Assembly (NCBI GenBank): GCA_022820805.1
Contig: JAJEEV010000013.1
Coordinates: 80,967-144,966 of the forward strand
Direction: 5' to 3'
DNA length: 64,000 bases
From: Acidimicrobiia bacterium
GTDB lineage: Bacteria; Actinomycetota; Acidimicrobiia; Acidimicrobiales; Aldehydirespiratoraceae
A model generated the notes under the pieces. It was not told the DNA's origin, searched no databases, and saw only the letters and a program-made list of their open reading frames with translations. Positions 1-9,295 of this stretch are shown here, piece by piece. A program made the translations under genes and the position numbers. Position 1 is the first letter of the stretch, and every line of letters begins with the position of its first letter.

Positions 1-2
1 AG

Positions 3-3000
3 CGGCTGTCACAGTCCTACGCGCTGATGACGCTGGAACGCCTGGGCTGGCAGCGCACCGAGGGCGAGTCGGTGGAGCCGGATGGGCTGCGCGAGCAGCT
101 CGGCGTGCTGCCCGAGCACAGTCGCCTGTTCCGCCGGCTCTTCGAGATGCTGGCCCGAGCGGGCGTGGTCGAAGCCTCCGATGACGGGTTCGTCGTCAGG
201 CCCCGTCCCGAGGATCACAGCCCGCCGACGCTGCCCGCGGACGCCGAGGCGTTCGGGTCGGATATGGCGGACCGCTACGAGCACGGCTCGACCGAGATCG
301 GGCTGTTCCGGCGCAGCGCCGAAGCCCTGAGCGAGGTTCTGGTGGGCGATGCCGATCCGTTGACGCTGCTGTTCAGCAGCGGCGAGCCCACCGCGGCCGA
401 CCTGTACCTGAAGGCACCGGTGGCCAGGGCGGCCAACCAGATGCTGGCCGACGCGGTGGCAACCCTGCTCGAACAGATGCCCGACGGGCGCAGGCTGCGG
501 GTGATCGAGGTCGGGGCAGGCACGGGGTCGGCCACGGCCGCGGTGCTGCCCCAACTGCCCGAGGGTCGCTTCGACTACACCTACACCGATATCTCCGCTG
601 GCTTCTTCGCCGAGGCCGAGGGCCGTTTCGGCGGGCGTGCGGCGTCGATCGAGTACCGGGTGCTCGACATAGAGCAGGACCCGGGCTCCCAGGGCTTCGA
701 CTACCACGCCTACGACCTGGTGATCGCGTCCAACGTGCTGCACGCCACCCGCTACCTGTCCGAGACACTCGAGCACTGCCGGGATCTCCTGGCGCCGTCG
801 GGTCATGTGGTGGCTCTGGAGAACCTGAGAGGGCAGGGCTGGCTGGACCTGACCTTCGGGCAGCTGGACGGCTGGTGGCGCTTCGCCGACTCCTGCCGCC
901 CCCACCATGCCCTGGCCAGTCCCGCGGTCTGGCGGCAGGCACTCGACGACGCCGGCTTCGAGGGGGTCGAGGTCCTGGGCGCCGATGAAGCCGATCCTGA
1001 CGTCGAGCCCGACCGGGGCGTGATCCTGGCCCAGGGTCCGGCCGACGTGACCGAACGGCCCGGAGCGTGGGTCCTGGCCGCGGGCCGGGGCGGCCTGGCC
1101 GCCGAACTGGCCGAGAGGCTGGCGGCCCTCAACCAGACAGTGGTGCTGGCCAGCGGCGAGTCGTCTCCCGACACGGGCTCGGTGCCCGACGGAGTTGCTG
1201 CCGCGGTGATCGACATGGAGAGCCGGACCGAATGGCTCGAACTCCTCGGGACCCTCCCGCCCGGCCTCCCCCTGAACGGGGTCGTGCATCTCGCCGCGAC
1301 CGACGCCCACGGGGCGGGGGCCACCACCGAGCAGATGGCGACCGCAGTGAGGCGGGCCGGCGCCAGCGCGCTGGCGCTGGTGCAGGGCCTGGCCGACGCC
1401 GACGCGACCCCGACCAAGGGCGTGTGGTTCGTCACCCGTGGAGGCCAGGTGCTGGACCACGAGTCCGTCGAGGGCGTGGCCGGCGCGGTGCTGTGGGGCC
1501 TCGGGAAGGTCACAGCCCGCGAGGCCTCCCATCTCCAGCCGAGGATGATCGATCTGGACCCGGCCGCCGCGGAGCTGCCGCCCGACATACAGGACGAGTT
1601 CCTGCATCCCGATTCTGAGACTCACATCGCCTACCGCGTGGGACGCCGCCAAGCAGCCCGGCTGGTCCGGTTCGGCGCCGACGCCGGCGGCGCCGAACGG
1701 CTGAAGCTGCCCGAGCCGGCCGGCGAGACACCCTGGCTGCTCGAGCCCGACGAGGGCGGCGCGCTGGACGGACTGCGTGTGGAGACCGTCCCGGCCCGAC
1801 CGCTGGAACCGGGCGAGGTGCGGGTGGCGGTCGAGGCCACCGGACTCAACTTTTGGGACATGTTCCGATCCCTCGGCGTTATCGACGAGGGCCTGCTGGG
1901 AGGCGAGTTCTGCGGGCGGGTGCTGGAGGCCGGGCCGGGCGTGAGCACAGTCCAGGAGGGAGACCGGGTGGTCGGCCTCGCCTTCGGCACCTTCTCGGCG
2001 GAGGCGGTGATGCGCGAGGAAATGGTGGCACCGGCCCCACCTCACATCGGTGTCACCGCGCTGGCGACCATGCCGACCGCGTTCGTGTCGGCCGCCCTGT
2101 CGTTCGATCTCGCGGAGCTGAAGGCGGGCGACCAGGTGCTCATCCACGCGGCCGCCGGCGGCGTCGGCCTGGCTGCCGTCCAACTGGCCCAGGCCGCCGG
2201 AGCCGAGGTGTTCGCCACCGCCAGCGCTCCGAAGCAGGCCTACCTGCGCTCACTGGGCGTAGAGCACATCTTCGACAGCCGATCGACGGCCTTCGGCGAG
2301 CAGATCCTCGAAGCCACCGGCGGTGAAGGCGTCGATGTGGTGCTCAACAGCCTCACCGGACCAGGCTTCATCGACGCCAGCCTGTCGTGCCTGGCCCGCG
2401 GGGGCCGGTTCGTGGAACTGGCCAGGGTCGACATCCTGAGCCACGACGAGATGTCACAAGGCCGGCCCGACGTGGGCTACTGGATCCTGGAACTGGACGT
2501 CCTGAAGGAGCACGACCCCGCCCGGCCGGGCGACGCCCTCAGGCGGGTGATGCACCGCCTGGCCGCCGGCGAGTTGGCCCCGCTGGTGCACACCAGGTGG
2601 TCGCTGGCCGAGGCCGGTGCAGGCATGGAGTTCATGCGGGCCGCCCGCCACATCGGCAAGATCGTCTTCGCGGCCTCCCCGCTGGAGACAGGGCGGCTGC
2701 GCGGCGACCGGACCTACCTGGTCACTGGAGGCCTGGGCGGGATCGGCTGCACGGTGGCCGGATGGCTGTTCGATCGAGGCGCCGGTGCCATAGTGCTCAA
2801 CGGCCGGCGCGACCCGGACCCCGAAGCCGCCGAGGCCATCGCCGAGCTGCGCGAGCGGGGCGCGACGGTGAGCGTCGAGTTGGCCGACATCACCGACGCT
2901 GGCGCCGTGGACGCCATGCTGGCCCGAGTCTCCGACTCCCTGCCGCCGCTCGCGGGCGTCATCCACAGCGTGGGGGTGCTGTCCGACGCGGCCCTGACCA

Positions 3001-5333
3001 ACCAGAGCTGGGAGAGTTTCGAGAGGGTGCTGTGGCCCAAGGTGCTCGGGGCCTGGCACCTGCACCGGGCGACCGAGGACCGTGACCTCGACATGTTCGT
3101 GCTGTTCTCCAGCGTGGCCGGCGTGCTGGGCAACCCGGGCCAGGCCAACCACGCCGCGGCCAACGCGTTCCTCGACGTGCTCGCAGCCCACCGGCGTTCG
3201 CTGGGATTGGCAGGGCAGTCGATCGCGTGGGGGGCATGGTCGGGGCTGGGCGAGGCCGAGGAGCAGCGCGAGCGGATAGCCGCGCAGCTCGAGGCCGCGG
3301 GCACGGGCTGGATCACCCCCCAGCACGGCATGCGAGCCTTCGACCATCTCGTCCGCCAGGACACGACCGCGCCCATGGTGGCCGCGGTGGACTGGCAGAC
3401 GGTGGCCGACGATCACGAGAGCCGTTCGCCCCTGCTGGAGGACCTGCTGGCCGCGGTGGCCGGCCAGGCCGAAGGCCGCCAGGACTCACAGGCCGACCTG
3501 CTGGCCGAGTTGGGGGCATCGCCCGCGACGGAGCACGAACAGATCCTGGCCGGATTCCTGCAGCGAGAACTGCAGGCGGTGATGCGCCTGCCGGACCTTC
3601 CGGCTCCCTCCGTCGAGTTCGCCGACCTGGGAATGGACTCCCTGATGGCGGTGGAGTTGAGGAACCGCGTCAACCGCGGCTTCGCGGGCGCGTACACCGC
3701 CGGCAACACCGTGGTCTTCGACTACCCGAGCGTCCAGAGCCTCGCGGCCTACCTGGCAGCGGAGCTGGCCGAGTCGGGCGGCATCGAAGCGCCCGACGGC
3801 ACGGGGGAAGGACGCTTCGCCATCCAGGCCCCCGCCGCCACGGGCGGCACCGAGGCGGTCCAGGAGGCTGTTCAGCCGGAGAAGGTCCAGCCGGACCAGG
3901 ATCAACGGGACCAGCAGCAAGCAGACGTGCCGGAGCGTCCGGCACCGAAGGCGGTCGCACCCGTCATGCCGTCTAGTCCAACCGCCAACGACGGGATCGC
4001 CATCGTCGGGATGGCCTGCCGGTTCCCCGGCGCGCCCGACCTGGACAGCTTCTGGCGCATGCTGGAGGCGGGCAAGAACGCAGTAACGGACGGGCGGCCG
4101 GATCCGGGTCCCTGGAACGGCGCGTTCGGGGACCCGGCCAACCGGGATGCCAGCAGCCGAGTCGGTGCCTACGTGGAGGGCATCGACCGGTTCGATGCGG
4201 GCTTCTTCCGGATCAGACCGATCGAGGCCCGCATGATGGACCCGCAGCAGCGCATGCTGCTGGAGACGACCTGGCACGCCCTCGAGGACGCCGACATCGA
4301 CCCCGCCGGCCTGAAGGGGAGCCGCACCGGGGTGTACGCCGGGATCGGCGGCAGCAGCGAGTACCGCAGAGTCATCGCCGCGGCCGGACGGGGCGACAGC
4401 TACTTCGGCACCACCTCGAGCGTGGCCGTCGGGAGGATCGCATTCACACTGGGACTGGCCGGGCCGGCCGTGCCCTTCGACCTGGCCTGCGCGTCGTCGC
4501 TCGTCGCCATTCACCATGCAGTCACCGCGCTCCAGCGGGACGAGGTCGACATGGCTCTGGCCGGAGGGGCGAACGCAGTCCTGTCCCCGTCGATCGCGAG
4601 GTTCCTCGAAGAGACCGGCATGCTGTCGGCCAGCGGGCAGTGCCGAGCCTTCGACGCGGGCGCCGACGGCTACGTTCGAGGCGAGGGCTGCGGCATGGTC
4701 GTGCTCAAGCGACTGGACGATGCCGCCGCCGACGGCGACCGGATCTGGGGCGTCGTGCGGGGCACGGCAGTCAACCAGAATGCAACTGGCCTGGGCCTTA
4801 CGCAACCCAACGGTCCGGCGCAGATGCAAGCGATGGAACAGGCGCTAGAGCGAGCGGCGGTGGCACCTGCAAACGTGGACTATCTGGAGGCGCACGGACC
4901 GGGGTCACCGTTGGGCGACGCGGTCGAGATGAATGCGGCCGCGACCGTCTACGGAACCGGCCGCGACCCTGAGCGGCCGCTCCTGGTCGGATCGGTCAAG
5001 ACCAACATCGGTCACCTGGAGTGCGCGTCGGCCGTCGCCGGTCTCATCAAGGCAGCGCTGGCCATGAACCGGGGAAAGATCCCCAGGCACCTGCACCTGA
5101 GCGAGCCCAGCGAGCAGATCGACTGGGAGCGAATGCCGGTTCGGGTGACGACCGAAGTGACAGACTGGCCGGCCGCTCCTGGTCGGCCCCGGTTGGCCGC
5201 GGTGAACTCGTTCGCCATCTCGGGTGCCAACGCCCACCTCGTGCTCGAGGGTGAGGCCCGACGCCGGATCTCATTGCCGGGCTATCCGTTCCAGCGCCGA
5301 CGGCACTGGGTCGAACCGCTGGGTTCCGAATAA
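3..5333 (+). CDS. Type I polyketide synthase, C-terminal part (N-terminus upstream of window): cMT - structural KR - ER - KR - ACP - terminal KS with no AT
   Basis: Track ORF 27..5333, but the frame is open back to nt 3 (RLSQSYAL precedes the first Met). Motifs in the translation: SAM-MT VIEVGAGTGSAT; ER LIHAAAGGVGLAAVQLA; KR TYLVTGGLGGIG; ACP LGMDSLMAVE (Ser codon 3639-3641). KS motifs: IAIVGMACRFPGA, DLACASS (Cys codon 4488-4490), EAHGPGSPLGD, KTNIGHLE. The protein ends SGANAHLVLEG...PGYPFQRRRHWVEPLGSE. Confidence 0.93.
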   Translation, partial: RLSQSYALMTLERLGWQRTEGESVEPDGLREQLGVLPEHSRLFRRLFEMLARAGVVEASDDGFVVRPRPEDHSPPTLPADAEAFGSDMADRYEHGSTEIGLFRRSAEALSEVLVGDADPLTLLFSSGEPTAADLYLKAPVARAANQMLADAVATLLEQMPDGRRLRVIEVGAGTGSATAAVLPQLPEGRFDYTYTDISAGFFAEAEGRFGGRAASIEYRVLDIEQDPGSQGFDYHAYDLVIASNVLHATRYLSETLEHCRDLLAPSGHVVALENLRGQGWLDLTFGQLDGWWRFADSCRPHHALASPAVWRQALDDAGFEGVEVLGADEADPDVEPDRGVILAQGPADVTERPGAWVLAAGRGGLAAELAERLAALNQTVVLASGESSPDTGSVPDGVAAAVIDMESRTEWLELLGTLPPGLPLNGVVHLAATDAHGAGATTEQMATAVRRAGASALALVQGLADADATPTKGVWFVTRGGQVLDHESVEGVAGAVLWGLGKVTAREASHLQPRMIDLDPAAAELPPDIQDEFLHPDSETHIAYRVGRRQAARLVRFGADAGGAERLKLPEPAGETPWLLEPDEGGALDGLRVETVPARPLEPGEVRVAVEATGLNFWDMFRSLGVIDEGLLGGEFCGRVLEAGPGVSTVQEGDRVVGLAFGTFSAEAVMREEMVAPAPPHIGVTALATMPTAFVSAALSFDLAELKAGDQVLIHAAAGGVGLAAVQLAQAAGAEVFATASAPKQAYLRSLGVEHIFDSRSTAFGEQILEATGGEGVDVVLNSLTGPGFIDASLSCLARGGRFVELARVDILSHDEMSQGRPDVGYWILELDVLKEHDPARPGDALRRVMHRLAAGELAPLVHTRWSLAEAGAGMEFMRAARHIGKIVFAASPLETGRLRGDRTYLVTGGLGGIGCTVAGWLFDRGAGAIVLNGRRDPDPEAAEAIAELRERGATVSVELADITDAGAVDAMLARVSDSLPPLAGVIHSVGVLSDAALTNQSWESFERVLWPKVLGAWHLHRATEDRDLDMFVLFSSVAGVLGNPGQANHAAANAFLDVLAAHRRSLGLAGQSIAWGAWSGLGEAEEQRERIAAQLEAAGTGWITPQHGMRAFDHLVRQDTTAPMVAAVDWQTVADDHESRSPLLEDLLAAVAGQAEGRQDSQADLLAELGASPATEHEQILAGFLQRELQAVMRLPDLPAPSVEFADLGMDSLMAVELRNRVNRGFAGAYTAGNTVVFDYPSVQSLAAYLAAELAESGGIEAPDGTGEGRFAIQAPAATGGTEAVQEAVQPEKVQPDQDQRDQQQADVPERPAPKAVAPVMPSSPTANDGIAIVGMACRFPGAPDLDSFWRMLEAGKNAVTDGRPDPGPWNGAFGDPANRDASSRVGAYVEGIDRFDAGFFRIRPIEARMMDPQQRMLLETTWHALEDADIDPAGLKGSRTGVYAGIGGSSEYRRVIAAAGRGDSYFGTTSSVAVGRIAFTLGLAGPAVPFDLACASSLVAIHHAVTALQRDEVDMALAGGANAVLSPSIARFLEETGMLSASGQCRAFDAGADGYVRGEGCGMVVLKRLDDAAADGDRIWGVVRGTAVNQNATGLGLTQPNGPAQMQAMEQALERAAVAPANVDYLEAHGPGSPLGDAVEMNAAATVYGTGRDPERPLLVGSVKTNIGHLECASAVAGLIKAALAMNRGKIPRHLHLSEPSEQIDWERMPVRVTTEVTDWPAAPGRPRLAAVNSFAISGANAHLVLEGEARRRISLPGYPFQRRRHWVEPLGSE

Positions 5334-5414
5334 TCGCGCCAGTCTTGCCGCACCCCCGGGGACACGGTAGGCTTCGCTGGCCACCAACCACTGATCAACC
5401 AAAGGACACCTGCA

Positions 5415-5660
5415 ATGTCATCTACCGAAGACCGCCTACGCGCCCTCGTGGACTCCAGCCTTGAGATCGAGGGCCGGTCGCAAGGCCAGCCGCTGACTCC
5501 GGACCTCAACATCCTCGATGCGGGCGTCAACTCGACGGATGTGGTGGCGTTCTGGAGACTCGTCTGCGAGGAGTTCGGCATCGAGATTCCGGCCGAGGAG
5601 TTCGCCGAGCTCATGACGACGGGCGATCTGATCGCATACATCGACGCCCGGAGCGGCTGA
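5415..5660 (+). CDS. Discrete acyl carrier protein (phosphopantetheine-binding)
   Basis: 81-aa ORF with an AAAGGA Shine-Dalgarno just upstream. Acidic carrier-protein-like sequence with LDAGVNSTDVV at the usual GxDS attachment site. It lies between a PKS ending in a KS and a PPTase. Confidence 0.72.
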   Translation: MSSTEDRLRALVDSSLEIEGRSQGQPLTPDLNILDAGVNSTDVVAFWRLVCEEFGIEIPAEEFAELMTTGDLIAYIDARSG

Positions 5661-5732
5661 GTTCTCCGGATCGGACAGGCGCCCAGCTCCTGGATACCGA
5701 ACTGCGAGGGCCCGGCAGGGGCCGCTGCCACT

Positions 5733-6443
5733 GTGTCTGCTGGTATGGAGGCCAAGTGGTGGCAGCCGTTCAGGCAGCTTGACGATGTCGAGGTCGTGCA
5801 TGTTGATCTGTGCCCTGACGCGCCCAGAGAGCAGCGCGCCCGGACCTGGCTCGACGATGAGGAGCGCCAGCGAGCGGACCGCTTCCAGCATGAGGGGGCC
5901 AGGCGCCGGTACGTGCTGTGCCGCGCGGCGCTGCGCTCGCTGCTGATTAGCGCGCTCGACTGCCGCAACCAGCAACTCGCCTTCAAGGCGGCCGAGCACG
6001 GAAAGCCCTTCGCAACTGTCGACGGCCAACCGGCGCTGGTCAGCTTCAACGTCAGCCACAGCGGCCGGCACGGCTTGATCGCGCTGACTTGCCGGGGACG
6101 GGTTGGCGTGGATGTCGAGGAGCGGGTGCCGCAGCGCAATCTCGACCTTCTGGTCGGGGCCGTTCTCAGCCCCGAGGAGCGGGCCGAGGTGACCGCCGCC
6201 CGAGGACGCCGTCAGCTCCATCTGTTCCTCGATCTGTGGACGATGAAGGAGGCGCTCAGCAAGGCCCACGGCGAGGGCCTCTCCATGGACGTGGCCGCCT
6301 TCGAGATTCCCCGCCATCTGCGCAACGGCGCCAGGGGCGGGGAGTTCCGGTTCGCAGACGCCCTCGACGCCGCCTGGTGGCTGGAGAACATCGGCACGGA
6401 CCGCTTCGCGGCCGCGGTGGCCCACGAGAGGGACAGACGATGA
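5733..6443 (+). CDS. Sfp-type 4'-phosphopantetheinyl transferase
   Basis: Motifs FNVSHSGRHGLIAL, VGVDVEE and WTMKEALSKAHGEG are typical of group II PPTases. The track start at 5733 is GTG; the ATG at 5745 is an alternative. Confidence 0.85.
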   Translation: MSAGMEAKWWQPFRQLDDVEVVHVDLCPDAPREQRARTWLDDEERQRADRFQHEGARRRYVLCRAALRSLLISALDCRNQQLAFKAAEHGKPFATVDGQPALVSFNVSHSGRHGLIALTCRGRVGVDVEERVPQRNLDLLVGAVLSPEERAEVTAARGRRQLHLFLDLWTMKEALSKAHGEGLSMDVAAFEIPRHLRNGARGGEFRFADALDAAWWLENIGTDRFAAAVAHERDRR

Positions 6444-7369
6444 CCTCCGCCCTGCCCATGCGGGCCGTGACCGATGCCGAGACGGAGGCGTTCCACCGCG
6501 ACGGTGCGGTGCTGCTGCGCGGTGTGCTAGCGGCCGAATGGGTCGAACTGGTGGCCGACGGCCTGGAGGAGTGCTTCACCGAACGCGACCACATGTCCAG
6601 CGAGGTGGTGGCCCAGGGAGCGACCGTGAGGGCCGACCAGTTGCTTGCGGCCCGGTCGGCCAGCCTCCACCGTTTCGCCAACGATTCGCCCGTCGGCGGT
6701 CTCGTGGGCTCGGTCGTGGGCGGCCCGGTGCGCTTCTACATGGACCAGATGTTCTTCCGCCGGGCGGGCGTGATGGCCCCCACTCCCTGGCACCAGGACA
6801 TCAGCTACCACAACGTGGAGGGCACGGACCTGGTACGAGCCTGGACGTCACCCGATCCGGTACCCCGCTCCGCCAGCCTCGAGGTGGTCCGTGGCTCTCA
6901 CCGATGGAACGTCACCTACCGGCCGATGGTGGGTCTCGACCCCGACATGTCCGATGAGGAGAACGCATTGCGGATGGCGCTGGCCCGCAAGCGCGGCGTC
7001 TACGAGAAGGGCGGCGAGGAGTTCGCCTATCGCAGGGTCGTGATGGACAAGTCGTTGCCGGCCACGCCCGACGTGCCCCGCGACCGGGACTCCTTCGACA
7101 TCATGGGATGGGACTACGAGCCCGGTGACGTGATCCTGTTCCACGGGAACCTTCTCCACGGCACAGCCGAGGGCGTGACCCTGCACCGCGACCGGCGGGC
7201 GTATGCCGCCCTGTTCGCCGGTCCGAACGCGCGTTACGTCAAGCGCGTCGGTCAGATGGTCCCGGATCCTCCCGGCCTGGCCGACCACGAACCGCAGACT
7301 GGCCAGACCCTCGACAGCTTCGGTGACGTGTTCCCCCTGGTTTGGGCGCCGGAAGACTGCTTGCGATAG
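6440..7369 (+). CDS. Phytanoyl-CoA dioxygenase (PhyH) family Fe(II)/2-oxoglutarate oxygenase
   Basis: The in-frame ATG at 6440 overlaps the PPTase stop (ATGA at 6440-6443). The 5' part of track ORF 6089..7369 is Arg/Gly-rich out-of-context translation. It has a WHQDISY HxD triad and a distal His in NLLHGT. Confidence 0.8.
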   Translation: MTSALPMRAVTDAETEAFHRDGAVLLRGVLAAEWVELVADGLEECFTERDHMSSEVVAQGATVRADQLLAARSASLHRFANDSPVGGLVGSVVGGPVRFYMDQMFFRRAGVMAPTPWHQDISYHNVEGTDLVRAWTSPDPVPRSASLEVVRGSHRWNVTYRPMVGLDPDMSDEENALRMALARKRGVYEKGGEEFAYRRVVMDKSLPATPDVPRDRDSFDIMGWDYEPGDVILFHGNLLHGTAEGVTLHRDRRAYAALFAGPNARYVKRVGQMVPDPPGLADHEPQTGQTLDSFGDVFPLVWAPEDCLR

Positions 7370-7412
7370 ATGCAAAACGGTCCTTGCCTAGACAGAAAAA
7401 TATCGGTGACTC

Positions 7413-8741
7413 ATGAAAATTAAGGACATGATCGTGGATGATCGGGAGAGGGGTGCATTCAGAGTCCACCGATCGTCCATGACTTCCCCCGACCTGTTCC
7501 GCCTGGAACAGCAACAGATCCTCGACCGGTGCTGGCTCTATGTCGGACACGAGTCGGAGGTGGAGAAGCCCGGAGACTACCGGCGGCGCACCATAGCCGG
7601 TCGTCCGCTCTTCATGATCCGCGGCCGCGACGACCAGGTGCGGGTCCTCCTCAATTCATGCACGCACCGGGGCGCAATGATCTGCCGCCGCGACGCCGGC
7701 AACTCCCGTGTGTTCCAGTGCTTCTATCACGCCTGGACCTTCGACACGGCTGGAAACCTGGTCGGCGTTCCCGGCGACGATGCCTACAGCTCTGACTTCG
7801 ATCGCGCCGCCCTGGGGCTCAAGTCACCGCCCAGGGTGGACAACTACCGGGGCTTCTACTTCGTGAGCTTCAATCCTGATGTGGAGGATCTGGTTACCTA
7901 CCTGGCGGGGGCAAGGGAGTACATCGATCTGGTCCTGGATCAATCAGCCGAGGGCATGCGGGTGATGCCGGGCTCAGACAAGTTCACCGTGAAGGCCAAC
8001 TGGAAGATCGTGGTTGAGAACAGTCTCGACACATACCACGTCAACCCGATGCACCGGACGTACCTCCAATTCCTCGCCAGCTTCGGCACCGACGACAGCG
8101 GGCAGAGCATCGGGGACCGCATTCCCGGTTACGGGAAGGCTTTGGGCAACGGTCACGGAGTGGTTGAAGTCGCGGCGCGAGGGGGACGCCCCGCCGGCCG
8201 ATGGCACCCGATATACGGCGAGGATCTCAGGGATCCGATAGCGAGTCGCCGTCAGCGGTTAGTGGAGAAGCACGGCGAGAGCCGTGCCCACAGGATTGCA
8301 GACACCTACCGGCTGTTGCTGGTCTACCCCAACCTGGTAATCAACGACATCATGGCCACCGTCATCAAGTGCTACGAGCCTCTCGCGGTTGACCGCGTGG
8401 AGAGCTACCACTGGCACCTCGTCGCCAAGGATGAACCTCGGGAGATCCGGTCCATCCGGATGGACTCGTTCTTGACATTCTTCGGACCGGGGGGATTCGC
8501 CACTCCCGATGATGTGGAGGCCTTGGAATCCTGTCAGGCAGGGTTTCGAGCCACCGGGACCGAATGGTCCGATATCTCCAGAGGGATGCTGAGGCCTGTT
8601 CCCCTGGGCACAGATGAACTGCAACTACGCGGATTCTGGCGTCAATGGCACGCGAATGTTCAAGGTCTGAGCGAGACGAACGTACAGGATGGAGTGGCCA
8701 CGGAAGGCGAGATCCCGACGTCGCTGCGTACGGGCCGATGA
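7413..8741 (+). CDS. Rieske non-haem iron ring-hydroxylating oxygenase, alpha subunit
   Basis: Rieske CxH...CxxH motif: CTHRGAMICRR...CFYHAWTF. Mononuclear-iron region ENSLDTYHVNPMHRTY. Preceded by an AT-rich stretch (7372-7412). Confidence 0.9.
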   Translation: MKIKDMIVDDRERGAFRVHRSSMTSPDLFRLEQQQILDRCWLYVGHESEVEKPGDYRRRTIAGRPLFMIRGRDDQVRVLLNSCTHRGAMICRRDAGNSRVFQCFYHAWTFDTAGNLVGVPGDDAYSSDFDRAALGLKSPPRVDNYRGFYFVSFNPDVEDLVTYLAGAREYIDLVLDQSAEGMRVMPGSDKFTVKANWKIVVENSLDTYHVNPMHRTYLQFLASFGTDDSGQSIGDRIPGYGKALGNGHGVVEVAARGGRPAGRWHPIYGEDLRDPIASRRQRLVEKHGESRAHRIADTYRLLLVYPNLVINDIMATVIKCYEPLAVDRVESYHWHLVAKDEPREIRSIRMDSFLTFFGPGGFATPDDVEALESCQAGFRATGTEWSDISRGMLRPVPLGTDELQLRGFWRQWHANVQGLSETNVQDGVATEGEIPTSLRTGR

Positions 8742-8767
8742 TGCTCTCGTTCCTGATCGGGTGAGCG

Positions 8768-9262
8768 ATGGCGGCCGCGGACAAACCGTCATTGCGTGAA
8801 CTGGTAGAAGACTTCCTATTCAGGGAAGCTGCCCTTCTGGATGAATGGCGACTTGACGACTGGAGTGAACTCTTCACCGAGGATGCCCGCTACGTAGTTC
8901 CCACCACCGATCTGCCCGAAGGGGATCCCGAGCACGACCTGGTGTTCGTCAATGACGACATGACCCGTTTGCGCGGCCGGGTAAAGCGGCTCAAGAGCCG
9001 GTTTGCTCATCGAGAGTACCCCTCGTCTCGCACTCGCCGGTTCGTCTCCAATGTCCGGGTTGCAGAAACCGACGACGGTGCGGTCTCGGTCGAGTCGAAC
9101 GTTCTGGTGTATCGGTTCCGAAGCGGCGAGGCCGCGCCTTACGTCGGAAGCATCGCGTATGTCCTGCGCTGGGTCGACGGGGACCTGAAGATCGCCCACC
9201 GCCGAGCCGTGCTGGACCTGGAAGACCTGTCCTGGCACGGCGCTCTCAGCATCATCTTCTAG
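8768..9262 (+). CDS. Ring-hydroxylating oxygenase beta subunit (NTF2/SnoaL-like fold)
   Basis: 164 aa directly downstream of the alpha subunit. N-terminal FLFREAALLDEWRLDDWSELFTEDARYVVP is typical of small subunits. Confidence 0.8.
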   Translation: MAAADKPSLRELVEDFLFREAALLDEWRLDDWSELFTEDARYVVPTTDLPEGDPEHDLVFVNDDMTRLRGRVKRLKSRFAHREYPSSRTRRFVSNVRVAETDDGAVSVESNVLVYRFRSGEAAPYVGSIAYVLRWVDGDLKIAHRRAVLDLEDLSWHGALSIIF

Positions 9263-9295
9263 CGCGCCGGCCGCCGGTCTGGCTACGTTGCGGGG

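Noticed and set aside
9-2183. Long antisense or alternative-frame ORFs throughout the window. Examples: 9..2183(-), 5436..6425(-), 11538..12920(-), 12908..14413(-), 33621..35771(+), 36720..38849(+), 39372..41717(-), 46692..48479(+), 54299..56548(-).
   Set aside because: Their translations are Arg/Gly/Pro/Ala-rich with no motifs. They overlap frames that carry clear family signatures. Long open shadow frames are expected in very GC-rich DNA.
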